Assembly (NCBI GenBank): GCA_963700285.1
Contig: CAVOXA010000014.1
Coordinates: forward strand, 672,001 to 736,000
Direction of reading: 5' to 3'
Origin: an uncultured Chloroflexia bacterium
GTDB taxonomy: Bacteria; Chloroflexota; Anaerolineae; JAAYZQ01
Length of the DNA: 64,000 bases
The notes beneath the pieces were generated by a model. The model searched no databases. It was not told where the DNA came from and saw only the letters and a program-made list of their open reading frames with translations. Positions 32,431 through 43,832 of this stretch are shown one piece after another; position 1 is the first letter of the stretch; every line of letters begins with the position of its first letter. The position numbers and the translations under genes are program-made.

Positions 32431-35400
32431 TCAGTAGTTGCGCATCACCAGTGGCAGGTAGCAAAGAGTCGTGAGCCGGGGTTCAACGACCAAACTGAAA
32501 ACGTTGGAGATTGAGCCGCCAGCATCGGGGTTGCGCACAGCCACTCCCACCGTCTGACCGGTGCTGATCAACCCGGCGTCGACTTGAGCCCTGACCTGAG
32601 TGCTGCTTTCATAAGTCGTCGGCAGCGATTCGCCGTTCCACAGGACTTGCGCGCCGCTTGCATAGCCGGTGCCTATCACCATTAGATCGAGCCCCGTGCT
32701 CCCTGCCAGGACTACGCCTGGATTGAGGCTGGTGATCTGCGGCACCGGATTCGACACGGTAAAGACCAGCCGGTTCGAATCCAGCGCATCGCCGCCCGGA
32801 TTGCGAACCACAACATCTACGAGACGGGCGGTGGCAATCTGCTCCGTGCCGATGCCGGCCGTCAACTGGCTGCTGCTGATCCAAGTGGTGGGCAGCGCAA
32901 CCTCGTCCCAACGGAGCACAGCGCCATCTTGAAAGTACTCTCCATCGACGGTGAGCACAAAGGCGGGACCTCCCACTGTGGCCGACTGCCGGTTCATCTG
33001 GTTGATCTTGGGCAGTTCCGCCAGTGCCGACGAGGCCCAGGTATCGGGCTGGTTCCACACGGCGTTAAACGGCCACTCGTTCTCATCCCCCTCAAAGCGG
33101 GCCCCATAGTACCCCAAGCTCATGCTGACGAGTTGGTCCCGGCCACCGGCCGTCGTTCCGTCGATGCGCAGCTCTGCGCTCCAGGCCGAGGCGTTGGCGC
33201 TGACCATCGCCTGCAGCCCGCCCGGACCAGCCTGGGAAAAGCCCCCCACCCCGTCCCCGGAATAGGTGAAAAACCCACCATCTTCCCCGGCAAAGAAGCC
33301 ATAGTCATCCGCCTGGGCCAGCGCGTCGTGGCTGTTGTTCGCGTCGATGCGGAGGCCGGCAAAGGGGCTCACACCACCGCTGCCGCGATCCATACCGCTG
33401 AAACAGGCCCACAGGTGACTGCTGCTCCGCAGCAGGTACACCACGGCCTGGTTGCCGTCGGCGTAGGGCGCCAGCCGCAGTTGCATGCCACCCGCATACG
33501 CCGTGTCCTCGCAGAAACCGTCGAGCAGCGGGGCGCTTCCCTCGGGAATGCTCAGTGGTAGGACAGTAAAGGCGGCTTGCGCGGTGCTGCCCAACGCTTT
33601 CGAGTCACGGGCGATGAGGGTCGCGGTGTGCTTGCCGGGCGCCAGCCCATCCACCAGGAGTTCGTCGCCGCTGCCCGATGGCTGGCCGTCCACCGTCCAG
33701 GTCAAATCGTTGCCGCTCAAACCTCCATCCTCGGCATCGCTGCCGCCGCCGCTCAGCACCACCGCCTCGCCCGCGGGTAGGGTCGCGCCCTCGCCCGGTG
33801 AACCTAGGTAAGCCGTGGGCGCCCGGTTGCTGACAGTAAAGGGCGCCGAGGTCGCCACGGCGGTGTGATAGCCGTCGCTGGCTGCCACACGGATCAGTCC
33901 CTGGCCCGGGAGGCTGGCTGGAACTTGGAGATTGGACAGGAGCAGGCTGGTGGTGGTTGAGTCCACCAGCCCCAGGACAGTTCGGTAGCAGGGCGATCCA
34001 GGTCGCGCCATTGTCGGGGCTGTACTGCACGTTATAAAGCAGCGTGTCGCCGTCGGGATCGGAGGCCAGCCAGGTCAGCTGCATCTGTTCACCGATGGTC
34101 TCGCCCCCCGCGGGCTGTGAGACGCTCACCACAGGCAAGCCCGCACCAGGGCTCCTGCTGGCCAATACTGTACCGTCTTGCACCAGCTCGACCCGGGAGA
34201 CCGCACCCGCCGGTGCAGCAAAGGTCGTCACAAAGGGCAGCGTCGGATCGGTGGGCGGGTCGTCCGCCAGATCCTGCAGGGTAATCTCCTGTTCGGCCAG
34301 CACGGTGCCGTCCGCCGCCAGCAGCCGCACTCGGAAACTGCTCGCCTGGGGCGATGCCCCGGCAGAGAAAGTGGCCAGGTTCTGCCATTTTTGGAGAATC
34401 CCAGCGCCGAGCTCAGCCGTGGGATAGATCCAGGCATAGTCCAGCGTACCGGTGATGAGCGAGGGCGTCACCGCGCCGCTGACATACACAGCCGCGTCTG
34501 CCGAGGCCAGATCGATCTGGGCCTCTACCGTCTGCAGGCTCCCGTCGTACAGCCGGTCGTAGATGGCCCCCCAGGTATAGTCACTCGTCCACATGGGACG
34601 GCAATAGCCCATCAGGTCCGCTGCGTCGTCTGGGGCGATGGGTGTCCAAGTCTTGCTATCAAAGCCATAGTGGTTGGCAGCCCCGGCATAGTCGATCTGC
34701 GTTGTGGGGTAGGGATAGTTGCCGTCTGGATCGTCCTCCGTTCCCCTGCAGAGCACGTGCTTGCGCCCGTGATTGTGGGACATCTCGTGGACAAGCGTCC
34801 CGCCTGCCGCAGGCCAATACCAATCCGCCGAGACTGTCGGCGCGTGGGCTGCGAACTTGACCCAGGCGTTCATCGACACCGTGGAGCCAAGGCCGCTCGT
34901 CGTCCCGCTATCGGCGTCTGGGTGGATCATGCCAATGTAGTGGGTCTCTGCCCCACTGTCGTCGCACTCGTCCGGATCGTCCGAGAAAAAGTTGCGTGCC
35001 CCAACAGAGCCAAGGATTTGCCAAGCGTCGTCCTTCACTTCGTACGGTCCAAAACAAGGATAGGGAACTGGCCCCCACCAACAGACCTGCGTCTCGGCGA
35101 TGTCACTGGTCTGGTAGTAGGTCCAGATGTCATAGACCGGCCACAAGCGCCTAGCCATGTCGATCATGGCCCCAAAGTTGGGGTTGTCGCTCGGCCGGGT
35201 GTACTGCTCGGTATGAGTCCGCACCGGGATGAAAACCGTACAAACAGGCGATTTCTCGTGAAAGGTGACATCACGGCTGATCTGGTTATTTCCCGTATCC
35301 GGATCGGTGTAGACGGCCTGCGGGTCCACCACCAGTCTCAGTTTGACGGTTCCAGCCGCCGTCCAAGCCGATGGGAGCTGGAAAAGCAAGCCATCCTCCA

Positions 35401-36812
35401 GGGTGGCCCGGTCGTAGGTCCCACCCGGCTCCAGGAAGGGCCAGCCTCGGACTGGATGCAGAGGCGACCCTGGGAGCGCGCTGCCTCCCCTCGTGCCATA
35501 GAGGTAGGCGTCGACGGCTACCGTTGTGGGTCCCGAGGTCTGGCGGGCGTAGGCGCGCACGTAGGTGGTCTTTTTGGCTACCAGCTCCACGTCGTGGGCC
35601 AGGTTCTGGATGCCCTGCGTGACCTCCAGGGCATCGGCCACCAGGTCGCGCTGGATCGCCGCTGCGTCAAAAGGCAGGCGGTAAATGCCCGGACTGCCCT
35701 GGACCCATCCGGCGAAATAGAGGTATCGGTTGTCGGTATAGAGGCCCCTGTACACCGGGCCCACGACGGCGATCTCCGTCTGCGGTGCCGCCATCAATGG
35801 GCATGCGCCGCACTGACGTGGTTTGGGTTAGAGAATCGTACTCGGTCCAGAACAGACTGGCGCCGTCGGTTCGGATCTGCCCGATATAATGATGAGTGGA
35901 AGGAGCGTCCCTCAGATTGGTCGCTGCACACAGGTAAAGGGGCGGGTTCGGGTAAGGCTGCGCCTCGTTCCAGCAGCCGTAGCGGCGGATGCGCTGCGGA
36001 GAGGTGCCGGTCACCCAATAGACCTGAAAATGCCACGGGTACGCGGGCTCATAGTACAATAGGTTGGTCCCACCGGTGGCGTCCAACTGGGTCTTGTTGC
36101 AGGGTAGCGTGCCGCAGGTGACGGTTGTCCTCCACAACCCTCCTTCGGCCGTCCAATACACCATGCCATCAACGACGGCCAACTGAGTCGGGTGACAGGT
36201 CGTGTCGGCTACCCGGTCGACCCCGGCACCATCCTTGCGGGCCCGCGCCAGGCAGCACCCATTGTCGCAGTACCCGGCCGCGTCAACAGACGCCTCGCCT
36301 GAGGGCGATCCGTTTGCGGCGAGCACCTCGGGCTCTGGCACCGACATATAGACATGGTCGCCGCTGGCCTGTAGATAGTTCGGAGTGGCCCACGCCTCAC
36401 TGAGATCCAGCATCAGAGATGGCGTGGCGCTCGGATCATCAATACGGCGCCGGAAGACGCCTTCGCCTTCGCCGCCATAGTAATACAGGGCCTCGGCGTC
36501 GGCCGTCATGGCGTGAAAGTACTGGCAGTCGGGTGAGGTGGAGCTGGATATCGTGTACACCGATCCGCCGTTGGCCGGCTGCCGGTGCAGGTAGCCGTTG
36601 GTGATGCTGCCCCCGCAATGGAGGGCCCAGTAGGCCAATCCCTCGGCCAGTGTCCATTCCGAGAGCGAATCCCCAACCACCAGTTCCAGTGGCGCGGGAA
36701 GCGTCTGGGATTGTGGATCATCCGCCAAACTTGTGGCCGGTGAGAGGAGGCTGGATAGGAGAAACGCCAGGCACAATGCGACCCCGAACGTCATGCGAAC
36801 AAGGCTCAACAT
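32431..36812 (-). CDS. Large (~1450 aa) secreted multidomain zinc-metallopeptidase-like protein with Ig/IPT domains (two indels)
   Basis: SD AGGAGG; signal peptide; propeller-like N-region; HEMSHNHGRKH (HExxHxxGxxH); two IPT/TIG-like repeats; C-terminus CYLPLVMRNY. Confidence 0.75.
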
Positions 36813-37667
36813 ATTTTTCCTCCTGACATTGCGGTTAGCGTGCAGCGCCTAACCGGGTCCGAACCATCGCCGAAGCAACCTCATCGCCTCTCGCCCCGAG
36901 TGCACCGCACTCGGTCCAAGGGTCCGTGACAGACTCCACCTCTTGAGTTACGCCCTCCAACTCCTGGCTGTAAGAATACCTCAATCCTGGTGCAGGCTCC
37001 CTGCAAAGACACAACCGCTCCCTGCAATCGACTCTTGCCGATCGGGTTGTTGTGTGCCATATTGTCGCCAGGCTAGGCTTCTAAATGAGACCGGTACCAT
37101 CCAAGATGCCTGCGCGGGTGGCCTCTTTGCCCGCCAGGATCTTGACGGTTCCAGGCGGGTATGCGCACCGTTCCGGGTGTGTGTGCATCATGAGAATGCT
37201 TATCCATTCGCCACTTCCAAATGACGCATGGCAGGGAGTACAAACTGTGATGGTTGCTACGTGGTGTGCTCGCGTGAATCCCTGCGGCCAATCGCGAGAC
37301 ATTCCCCAACCTTGCGTGGGTCAAGCGGGAGCGCTGTGATTGCCTTGCTCACGAACGAAGCAGCGTGAAGGCTTGGCGCAACCTGCGCCTGAGCGCCCAT
37401 CGAATTCAGGAGATGCGGGACACCCGCCTCCAGATTCGCTTTGCCCCACCCTAGCATATCCTCTTGTTCCAGATCGTACCCCCTTCTATCGAATCGTTTC
37501 TAGTCGGCTAGCGAAGGGTTTCGCTGACCCGATTCCCCCTGCCCCTGTTGGCGGCTTGCCCAACAATTGCCAGCCGGTCATCCCCCGGTCACCCCTCGGC
37601 GACGTCCAATCTTCCCGTGTTCTTCATTGCTGGGCTGGGAATCGCATTCTTGACACCCTTTCTTCCC

Positions 37668-38342
37668 TTAGAAACCACGTTGCTGCCCTTGCCAGGGAGG
37701 CTCGGCGCCGGTCTTGAACTCCTCGACACTGGGTCCCCCAAGATTGCGCAGCCGCCAGGTTCCATACAGGTAGCTAACGACCAACAGCGCAATGGTAACC
37801 GGCCAGCCGGTCAGGACCTGGATCAAGCCAAGCTGGCTAGTTTGCTCCCCCTGGAACAGGTTCAGTTGAAGCAATAACCTCAGCCCAAAGACCACTACCC
37901 ATAGCCAGGTGACCTCGCTGTAGGCTGGTCGCACCCTGGGATGCCAGTACCAGTTCAGGGGCCAGCGGCGGGCGACGTAGCTCGTCCAGGCAACGATGGG
38001 ACGCCTGGCAAGAACACTCACCAGGCAGAGCAAGAAAGTTAGCCCACCCGTGACGATGCCCGGCAGAAAAAAACCCTCAGACCTGCCCAGAACCAGTGCT
38101 ATCAAGGCAGCCAGGCCCACACCAAACGTTCCACCAAGAGCGTACAGAACAGATTGGCGCCTGAGCAAGCGGAGAATAGCGATGACAACAGCCAGGGCTA
38201 GTGAGGCCCAGATTGCGACTTGCATTCCCCACAAGGCATTCAGCAGTACAAAAACGAGAGGGGGCAGCAGAGAATCCAACAGGTTGCTGCGGCCAGCCAA
38301 CACCATGCGCAGCTCTTCAAGAATCTCGTGCAACTTTTCCAT
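37668..38342 (-). CDS. DUF3159-like membrane protein (copy B)
   Basis: Intact 224-aa multi-TM ORF. Confidence 0.75.
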   Translation of the reverse strand: MEKLHEILEELRMVLAGRSNLLDSLLPPLVFVLLNALWGMQVAIWASLALAVVIAILRLLRRQSVLYALGGTFGVGLAALIALVLGRSEGFFLPGIVTGGLTFLLCLVSVLARRPIVAWTSYVARRWPLNWYWHPRVRPAYSEVTWLWVVVFGLRLLLQLNLFQGEQTSQLGLIQVLTGWPVTIALLVVSYLYGTWRLRNLGGPSVEEFKTGAEPPWQGQQRGF

Positions 38343-38556
38343 GCGATCATCTCTCCATGTCAGCTCGCAAGTACAGTATACCGTACAAACGGCGCAGAAT
38401 CAAGATAAGGGTCGCGCCCGGTATCCTTGCGAACAGAGAGCCAGCGTAAACCCCACGCGGCGTGTCTTTCTGTCCTCCGTGGTGTTTCCTTATCAGAGTT
38501 GGAGTTTGCGTATCTCCACTCCTGCGCACAAGTATCCGCCTTGGGGGGTGAAACAG

Positions 38557-39801
38557 ATGTACGAACGAGTGGTGGTCACAGGGCTCGGGGCAGTGACAGC
38601 TCTTGGCAACGATGTACCGACCTACTGGGCTGGGCTGGTCTCGGGGCAGTCTGGCGTCGGGCCGATATCTGCCTATGATGCCTCTGGGCAGGACGTTCGC
38701 ATCGCGGCAGAGATCAAGAACCTGGATATAATCGGTCTTCTCGGACGCAGGCGGAGCAAGAGAACCGATCGATTCAGCCAGGTGGCCCTGATCGCTGCAC
38801 AGCAGGCTGTGGCCGATGCAGGCATAGAGTTCGGTGACAGCGATACCAGTCGCAGGGCAGCTGTCATACTGGGAACGTCGATCGGTGGCATCACGACTCT
38901 TCTCGAGGGCCAGGACGCTCTCCGCGAGCGTGGCGCACGACGGGTCAGCCCCTTGATGATACCCATGATGATGTCCAATGCGGCTCCGGGCGAGATTGCA
39001 ATCCACTACGATCTCCACGGCCCAACCTTCTCGGTGGTTTCGGCATGCGCCTCGGGCACACACGCCATCGGCGAAGCGGCCAGGCTCATACGCACGGGAG
39101 CAGCAACGGTAGTGATCTGCGGCGGCAGTGACGCAGGGATGCATCCCCTGGCGCTGGCCGCGTTTGGCAACATGCAAGCCGTCTCGCGCCGCAATGACGA
39201 GCCAGAGCAGGCCAGCCGCCCGTTCGATGCCGACCGCGATGGCTTTGTCCTGGGTGAGGGGGCCGGCATGCTCTTCCTGGAGAGCCTTTCGCATGCTCAG
39301 AGCCGCGAGGCAAGCATTTACGCCGAGGTGGTCGGCCACGGCGCGAGCACAGACGCCTTCCACATCACCAGCCCCGACGAGGAGGGGACCGGTGCCGCAC
39401 TGTCTATGCAGCGCGCATTGCACGACGCGGGTCTGGATCCGGCGGAAATCGACTATATCAATGCCCATGGCACGAGCACGCCACTGAATGATGCAGTAGA
39501 GACCCGGGCCATCCGCAAGGTCTTTGGCAGACATGCCGATCGCATCCCAGTCAGTTCGACCAAGTCAATGATCGGACACCTCCTGGGTGCAGCAGGCGCC
39601 GTCGAGGCTGTTGCCTGCATCAAGTCACTGGAAACCGGCATCATCCATCCTACCATCAACTATGAGACTCCTGATCCAGATTGTGACCTGGACTACGTGC
39701 CCAACCTGGCACGGGAAACTCATCCCCGCACCGCCCTTTCCAACTCGTTCGGTTTTGGCGGGCACAACGGGACGATCATCTTCAAAGCCTGGGAGGGCTA
39801 A
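38557..39801 (+). CDS. fabF: Beta-ketoacyl-ACP synthase II
   Basis: [42 protein letters not shown]. Confidence 0.93.
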   Translation: MYERVVVTGLGAVTALGNDVPTYWAGLVSGQSGVGPISAYDASGQDVRIAAEIKNLDIIGLLGRRRSKRTDRFSQVALIAAQQAVADAGIEFGDSDTSRRAAVILGTSIGGITTLLEGQDALRERGARRVSPLMIPMMMSNAAPGEIAIHYDLHGPTFSVVSACASGTHAIGEAARLIRTGAATVVICGGSDAGMHPLALAAFGNMQAVSRRNDEPEQASRPFDADRDGFVLGEGAGMLFLESLSHAQSREASIYAEVVGHGASTDAFHITSPDEEGTGAALSMQRALHDAGLDPAEIDYINAHGTSTPLNDAVETRAIRKVFGRHADRIPVSSTKSMIGHLLGAAGAVEAVACIKSLETGIIHPTINYETPDPDCDLDYVPNLARETHPRTALSNSFGFGGHNGTIIFKAWEG

Positions 39802-40054
39802 CGGCGAGCCAACCTGAGCCTGGGCCGTCTGGTCCAGGCGTGATACACGCCTGTTGGGGTCAGGATACGGGCCAGCCCCCACCATAATCCAGCCCTTCCA
39901 GAAACGATCGAGCTTGGGAGCACACCGCCTTCCGGTCGTCCGCGTCCAGGTAGCGAATTCCCAAAACGTTGCGGCCGAGGTGAGGACAAATCCGCAGCGA
40001 AGGTGGATGGCCTGCTGGCCCCTGGGCTGCTTCGCCTAGCCTACTCAGCCAGAC

Positions 40055-40861
40055 TCACCTTGATTCACCCCCTCTTCTCCTTCGCCCCCAATGACGGCGG
40101 GTGACTCTTCCATCTAGCGCCTGGTACCAGCGCCGGGTGAAGGGAAAGAGGTGGTTAGCCAGGAGCATCGGCCGTAGGATCCAGGAGGTATAGATTGTCT
40201 CCATGTCCTTCTCTATGCCCCCTACCATGCCCCTGGCAACTGCCTCGGCGGACTGAGAAAGCCATGGCGTGGGAGCGCCTCCGGCGCTCTCCAGGAAGCC
40301 ACTCCGGACAGCCAGCGGATAGACAAGGACCAGGCGGTCCCGCTTCCCAGTTTGGAGGCGGTAGACCTCGGCGAACCGGTCCAGCGCGGCTTTGGTCGAG
40401 GAGTAGAGCGCATAGCCCTCCAGGCCGACTCGGCCCAGGATCGACGACGTGATCACGACGCGGTAGTTGCCGCCGGGGAAAAGCGCATGCATCTTTTCCA
40501 CAGCATAGATTGGCGAGAAGACGTTGGTCTGGAAGATGGCCTCAATGCGACCCCAATCTGGATCCCGGACCGGTTCCCAGTAGGCAAAGCCGGCAATGGC
40601 GCAGAAGAGGTCGATCCCGCCCATTTGCTCGAGGGCGTAGGCAAAAAGCGCGTCCACACCCTCCTGGAGGGCCAGATCGCCGGCAAAGGGCCGGATCTCG
40701 GTCCGGGCTGCGCGGGCCGATTCCACCGCGTCATGAAGCCGCGCCCCGTCTCTGCCTGCGGCGACGACCTGAAGCTGCCGCCCAGAGAGCTCCTGCAGCA
40801 GCGCCCGGCCAATGCCTGAAGATGCACCCGTTATGACAACTCGCTTTCCATCTATCTCCAT
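40055..40861 (-). CDS. SDR family oxidoreductase
   Basis: VITGASSGIG, YSSTK. Confidence 0.85.
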   Translation of the reverse strand: MEIDGKRVVITGASSGIGRALLQELSGRQLQVVAAGRDGARLHDAVESARAARTEIRPFAGDLALQEGVDALFAYALEQMGGIDLFCAIAGFAYWEPVRDPDWGRIEAIFQTNVFSPIYAVEKMHALFPGGNYRVVITSSILGRVGLEGYALYSSTKAALDRFAEVYRLQTGKRDRLVLVYPLAVRSGFLESAGGAPTPWLSQSAEAVARGMVGGIEKDMETIYTSWILRPMLLANHLFPFTRRWYQALDGRVTRRHWGRRRRGGESR

Positions 40862-40947
40862 GCTTTGCCTTTTCTCAGCGATGCCGAGTCCAGCTTCTTC
40901 GAGACACCAATCCCCGGCATCCCAGAAGCAAGCATAGCCGCAGTCTG

Positions 40948-41484
40948 TCAGGCCGTAAACAGCGCCGTCCAGACAAAGAGGTCCAGCACCGCCGTTTGGA
41001 AGCTGAAGGCCAGGGCGCCGGCCGCAGCCAGCCAGTAGGAGACTGCTGGCCGACGCGGCCGGAGAGCCAGCAGCGCCAGCAGCAGACCTATCGAGGCCAG
41101 CCCGACCACGGCCAGCACCAGCCGGATGGCCAGCCATAGCGTGCCGCTTGGCTCTCGCACCATGGCCGAGGTCAGGGGCAACCAGAGCGCCGATGGCAAC
41201 AGGATCAGCAGGTACAAGATCGGGAACAGGACAAAGCCCAAACTTCCGGCGATCTGCACACCCTCTGGGTCGACGCGGAACAACAGGTAGAAGGTGAAGA
41301 CAAAGTACCCCCCCGTCGCCAGGGCCATGGAGGCCATATAGGCTGGCAGAATCGCCGCCGGCACGCCGCCCCACAGACCAGCCCGTGTGGCGGGATCAAA
41401 GCCCACGCTGTAAGCATAACCGGCAAGGACAGCAGCGCCGCCCAACAGCACGATCCAGGCCAGCGCCAGCTTCTGGGGGTGCAC
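40948..41484 (-). CDS. Membrane protein, hypothetical
   Basis: About 5 TM segments, LWGGVP and LDLFVW motifs; SD before GTG. Confidence 0.65.
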   Translation of the reverse strand: MHPQKLALAWIVLLGGAAVLAGYAYSVGFDPATRAGLWGGVPAAILPAYMASMALATGGYFVFTFYLLFRVDPEGVQIAGSLGFVLFPILYLLILLPSALWLPLTSAMVREPSGTLWLAIRLVLAVVGLASIGLLLALLALRPRRPAVSYWLAAAGALAFSFQTAVLDLFVWTALFTA

Positions 41485-41488
41485 GGGA

Positions 41489-42091
41489 TTACCCCCCTTG
41501 CTCCGTAGCATTCGGACCCGGTCCCCGGCGCCCTGCTCTGCCTGCCGCCCAGCGCCAGATCGCAACCAGGATTCCGGCAAACAGCAGGAGGAAACTCACT
41601 CCGAGAAAGCCCCACTTCAGCGCTGTGAACAGGGGCGCCAGCAGGTCCACCAGGGCAGTCTGCTCCGGGTAGCGCAGCATCACCAGGGATGTGGATAGGT
41701 TCTCCAGATAGTCAAACAGGGCGCCCAGCAACGGGGCCAGGTTGGCGAGCTGACAGCGGCTGTCTGGCGCGAAGGCCTTGCCATACACCCAACTCATGGC
41801 TGTCACCAGGAACAGCGCGTAGACCAACGGCCAGATCAGGTCAAAGGTGAATCGGGCCCGGACGTAGGCGTGCCGCCCCTGCTCGCCATACGATTCGGCA
41901 ATCCGGTATAGATCGCCGGGCGTGTAGAAGAAGGAGGTATCCGGCGACTCGGCACTGCCGGTCTCCTGCTCTGCCTTGAGCGCCTGCTGGGGAAGGACCA
42001 GGGCCGTGAAGAGCAGAAAGATGATGAGCGCCGCCAGGGCAACCCAGCCCGTTGATACCCTACGCAGCCAACCAGAGATGCGATTGCACAT
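41489..42091 (-). CDS. Membrane protein, hypothetical
   Basis: PDTSFFYTP..YGEQGR..Y..DLIWPLVY..FDYLEN; SD GGAGG. Confidence 0.7.
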   Translation of the reverse strand: MCNRISGWLRRVSTGWVALAALIIFLLFTALVLPQQALKAEQETGSAESPDTSFFYTPGDLYRIAESYGEQGRHAYVRARFTFDLIWPLVYALFLVTAMSWVYGKAFAPDSRCQLANLAPLLGALFDYLENLSTSLVMLRYPEQTALVDLLAPLFTALKWGFLGVSFLLLFAGILVAIWRWAAGRAGRRGPGPNATEQGG

Positions 42092-42229
42092 ATTCTATCC
42101 TCCCTCCGGTTTGAAGCATGAAGAACGCGGCTTGGGTCCGGGCCGGTCCTAAGCGCGGCCTCGCGACCAGACCTGTCGCCCCTTCTTCGGGAAGGACCTT
42201 CCTGGATTCAGGGCAGGCCCGTGGCAGAT

Positions 42230-42535
42230 TCACGGCAGGCGCAGTGCCTGCACCCCGATCTGCTCCATGGCGCGGGCCAGGGCAAAGTCCTTCTCAGTGA
42301 TGCCCCCGGCCTCGTGCGTCGTCAGATCGACCACCACCCGGTTGTAGACGTTGAACCACTCAGGGTGATGGGCGGCCCGCTCGGCCACCAGGGCTGCCTG
42401 GGCCATAAAACCAAAGGCATGGACAAAGTCACGAAACCTGTACTCCCGGTGAAGTTTTCCCTTTTCCACGGTCCAGGAGCCAAGTTCAGCCAACACTCCC
42501 TGGATCTCAGGCTCAGTTGCTTTCTCTACGGTCAT
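42230..42535 (-). CDS. phhB: Pterin-4-alpha-carbinolamine dehydratase
   Basis: HHPEWFNVYNRV..LTTHEAGGITEKD. Confidence 0.92.
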   Translation of the reverse strand: MTVEKATEPEIQGVLAELGSWTVEKGKLHREYRFRDFVHAFGFMAQAALVAERAAHHPEWFNVYNRVVVDLTTHEAGGITEKDFALARAMEQIGVQALRLP

Positions 42536-42644
42536 ATCAGATCCGATGCCTCCTCTTCGCTATTTGATCACGTCTCACGTTGTTGGCGCTTGAACGCCCA
42601 AGCCCGCCAGCTTCTCTGCCCGGAGCTCAGTCAGAATCAACTGG

Positions 42645-43823
42645 TCAGAACTGTCCCTGCATTGAGGCGGCATAGCCCGTCATCTCGACGTAGCCGTTGC
42701 CGCCAATGGCCAGACCAGCCCGCTCGCCTTCGACCTGGACCGCACCCTCCCAGTAGGCATAGGACACATCAGTTCCTGATCAGCCAGATAGGGTTCGATC
42801 TCCAGCGTCAGGTCTGCGTCGGGCACGGCAATGGTCCAGCCGGCCGGATAAGTCGGCCCCAGAGTGACGGACTGCGCCAGGTATCATCGACGCGGATCTC
42901 GAAGTCGTCACGGTCGAGATGGCGGGTACTGCCGTCCGGGGTGATCAGGGTGCCGCTGGAAAAGGGATCGATGCTGCCGTCCTCCTTGCGAAGCTGGAAG
43001 GCCATCAACTCGCTTCCGTCGTCCAACTGGATCGAGAACCAGTCCCAGCCCACCTGTTCAGCGGCCAAGCCGCTGGTGCTCCACTCGTGGTCCATCCAGC
43101 TCCAGCCTTCAACCGGGTGGACCACATCCGCGACCTGCACCGTGCCCGTCGTCTCCAGGCGGGTCAGGCTGTAGTAGTAGGAAGCGTTGCCCGGTTGCGG
43201 GCCCTTGGGGCTGTAGCCGCGGTCGCCCTGCAGAATGGGACCCTTGCGGTCAGTCAGCACCAGGTCCAGGACCAGGCCATCCTGAGCGGCGTACATGCGC
43301 GTCACACCCGGCTCGAGCTCCTCCACCTCCCAGTCCTCCAGCCAGACCTGGTAGGGTGTCGGCCTGCGCTCCGGCCAAGCCGCCAGCCCCTCGCGCAGAA
43401 CCGCTCAAAGGCCTGGAAGCTCCCAGCCGACAACGTCGGTCAGGGCAAAGTGGGCCATGTAGACCTGGTCCGCCGCCCAGGTCGACTCGCGATCGCTGCG
43501 CAGCGCAGGCGGGACCAAGGCCCGCCGGAAAAAGGTCAATTGGTAGCCAAAGCGCCGCCCCTCGGCTGTGACCAGGTTGCCGGTATAGTACCACCACTCG
43601 GTCTGGTAGTCCAGGTGTGGGCCGTGGTCGGCGGGGAACTCCAGGTCGACTGGACCCTCGACGCGCAGGTAGCCAGCCGCTGGGCTGCCTCCGTCTCCAT
43701 CAGTCAGGGCAACCAGGCGAGCCTGCACCTGCGGCTCCTGGCGCTGAACCACGAGAAGCGAGCACACCGCCCAGCAGGGCCAGCAGCCCGATGCCGATCA
43801 GAACCTTCAGCCAACGTTTGCAT
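42645..43823 (-). CDS. Lipocalin-like AttH/CrtC-fold protein (indels)
   Basis: FPADHGPH..QTEWWYYTG, FGYQLTFFR, SYYYSLTRL, WMDHEWS, GWDWF, EMTGY. Confidence 0.85.
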
Positions 43824-43832
43824 GATGGATCC

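Noticed and set aside
34178-36121. Long plus-strand ORFs (647 aa here; also 29838-30977 and 51850-53088)
   Set aside because: Antisense shadows of real minus-strand genes in high-GC DNA, with no motifs
37996-38556. N-terminal extension making fabF 601 aa
   Set aside because: Overlaps DUF3159 antisense; the real start is MYERVVVTG at 38557 with an SD
39798-39900. Short minus-strand frame (TGVYHAWTRRPRLRLARR) conserved after fabF in both copies
   Set aside because: Probably the C-terminal relic of a lost gene or simple duplication similarity; too short to identify
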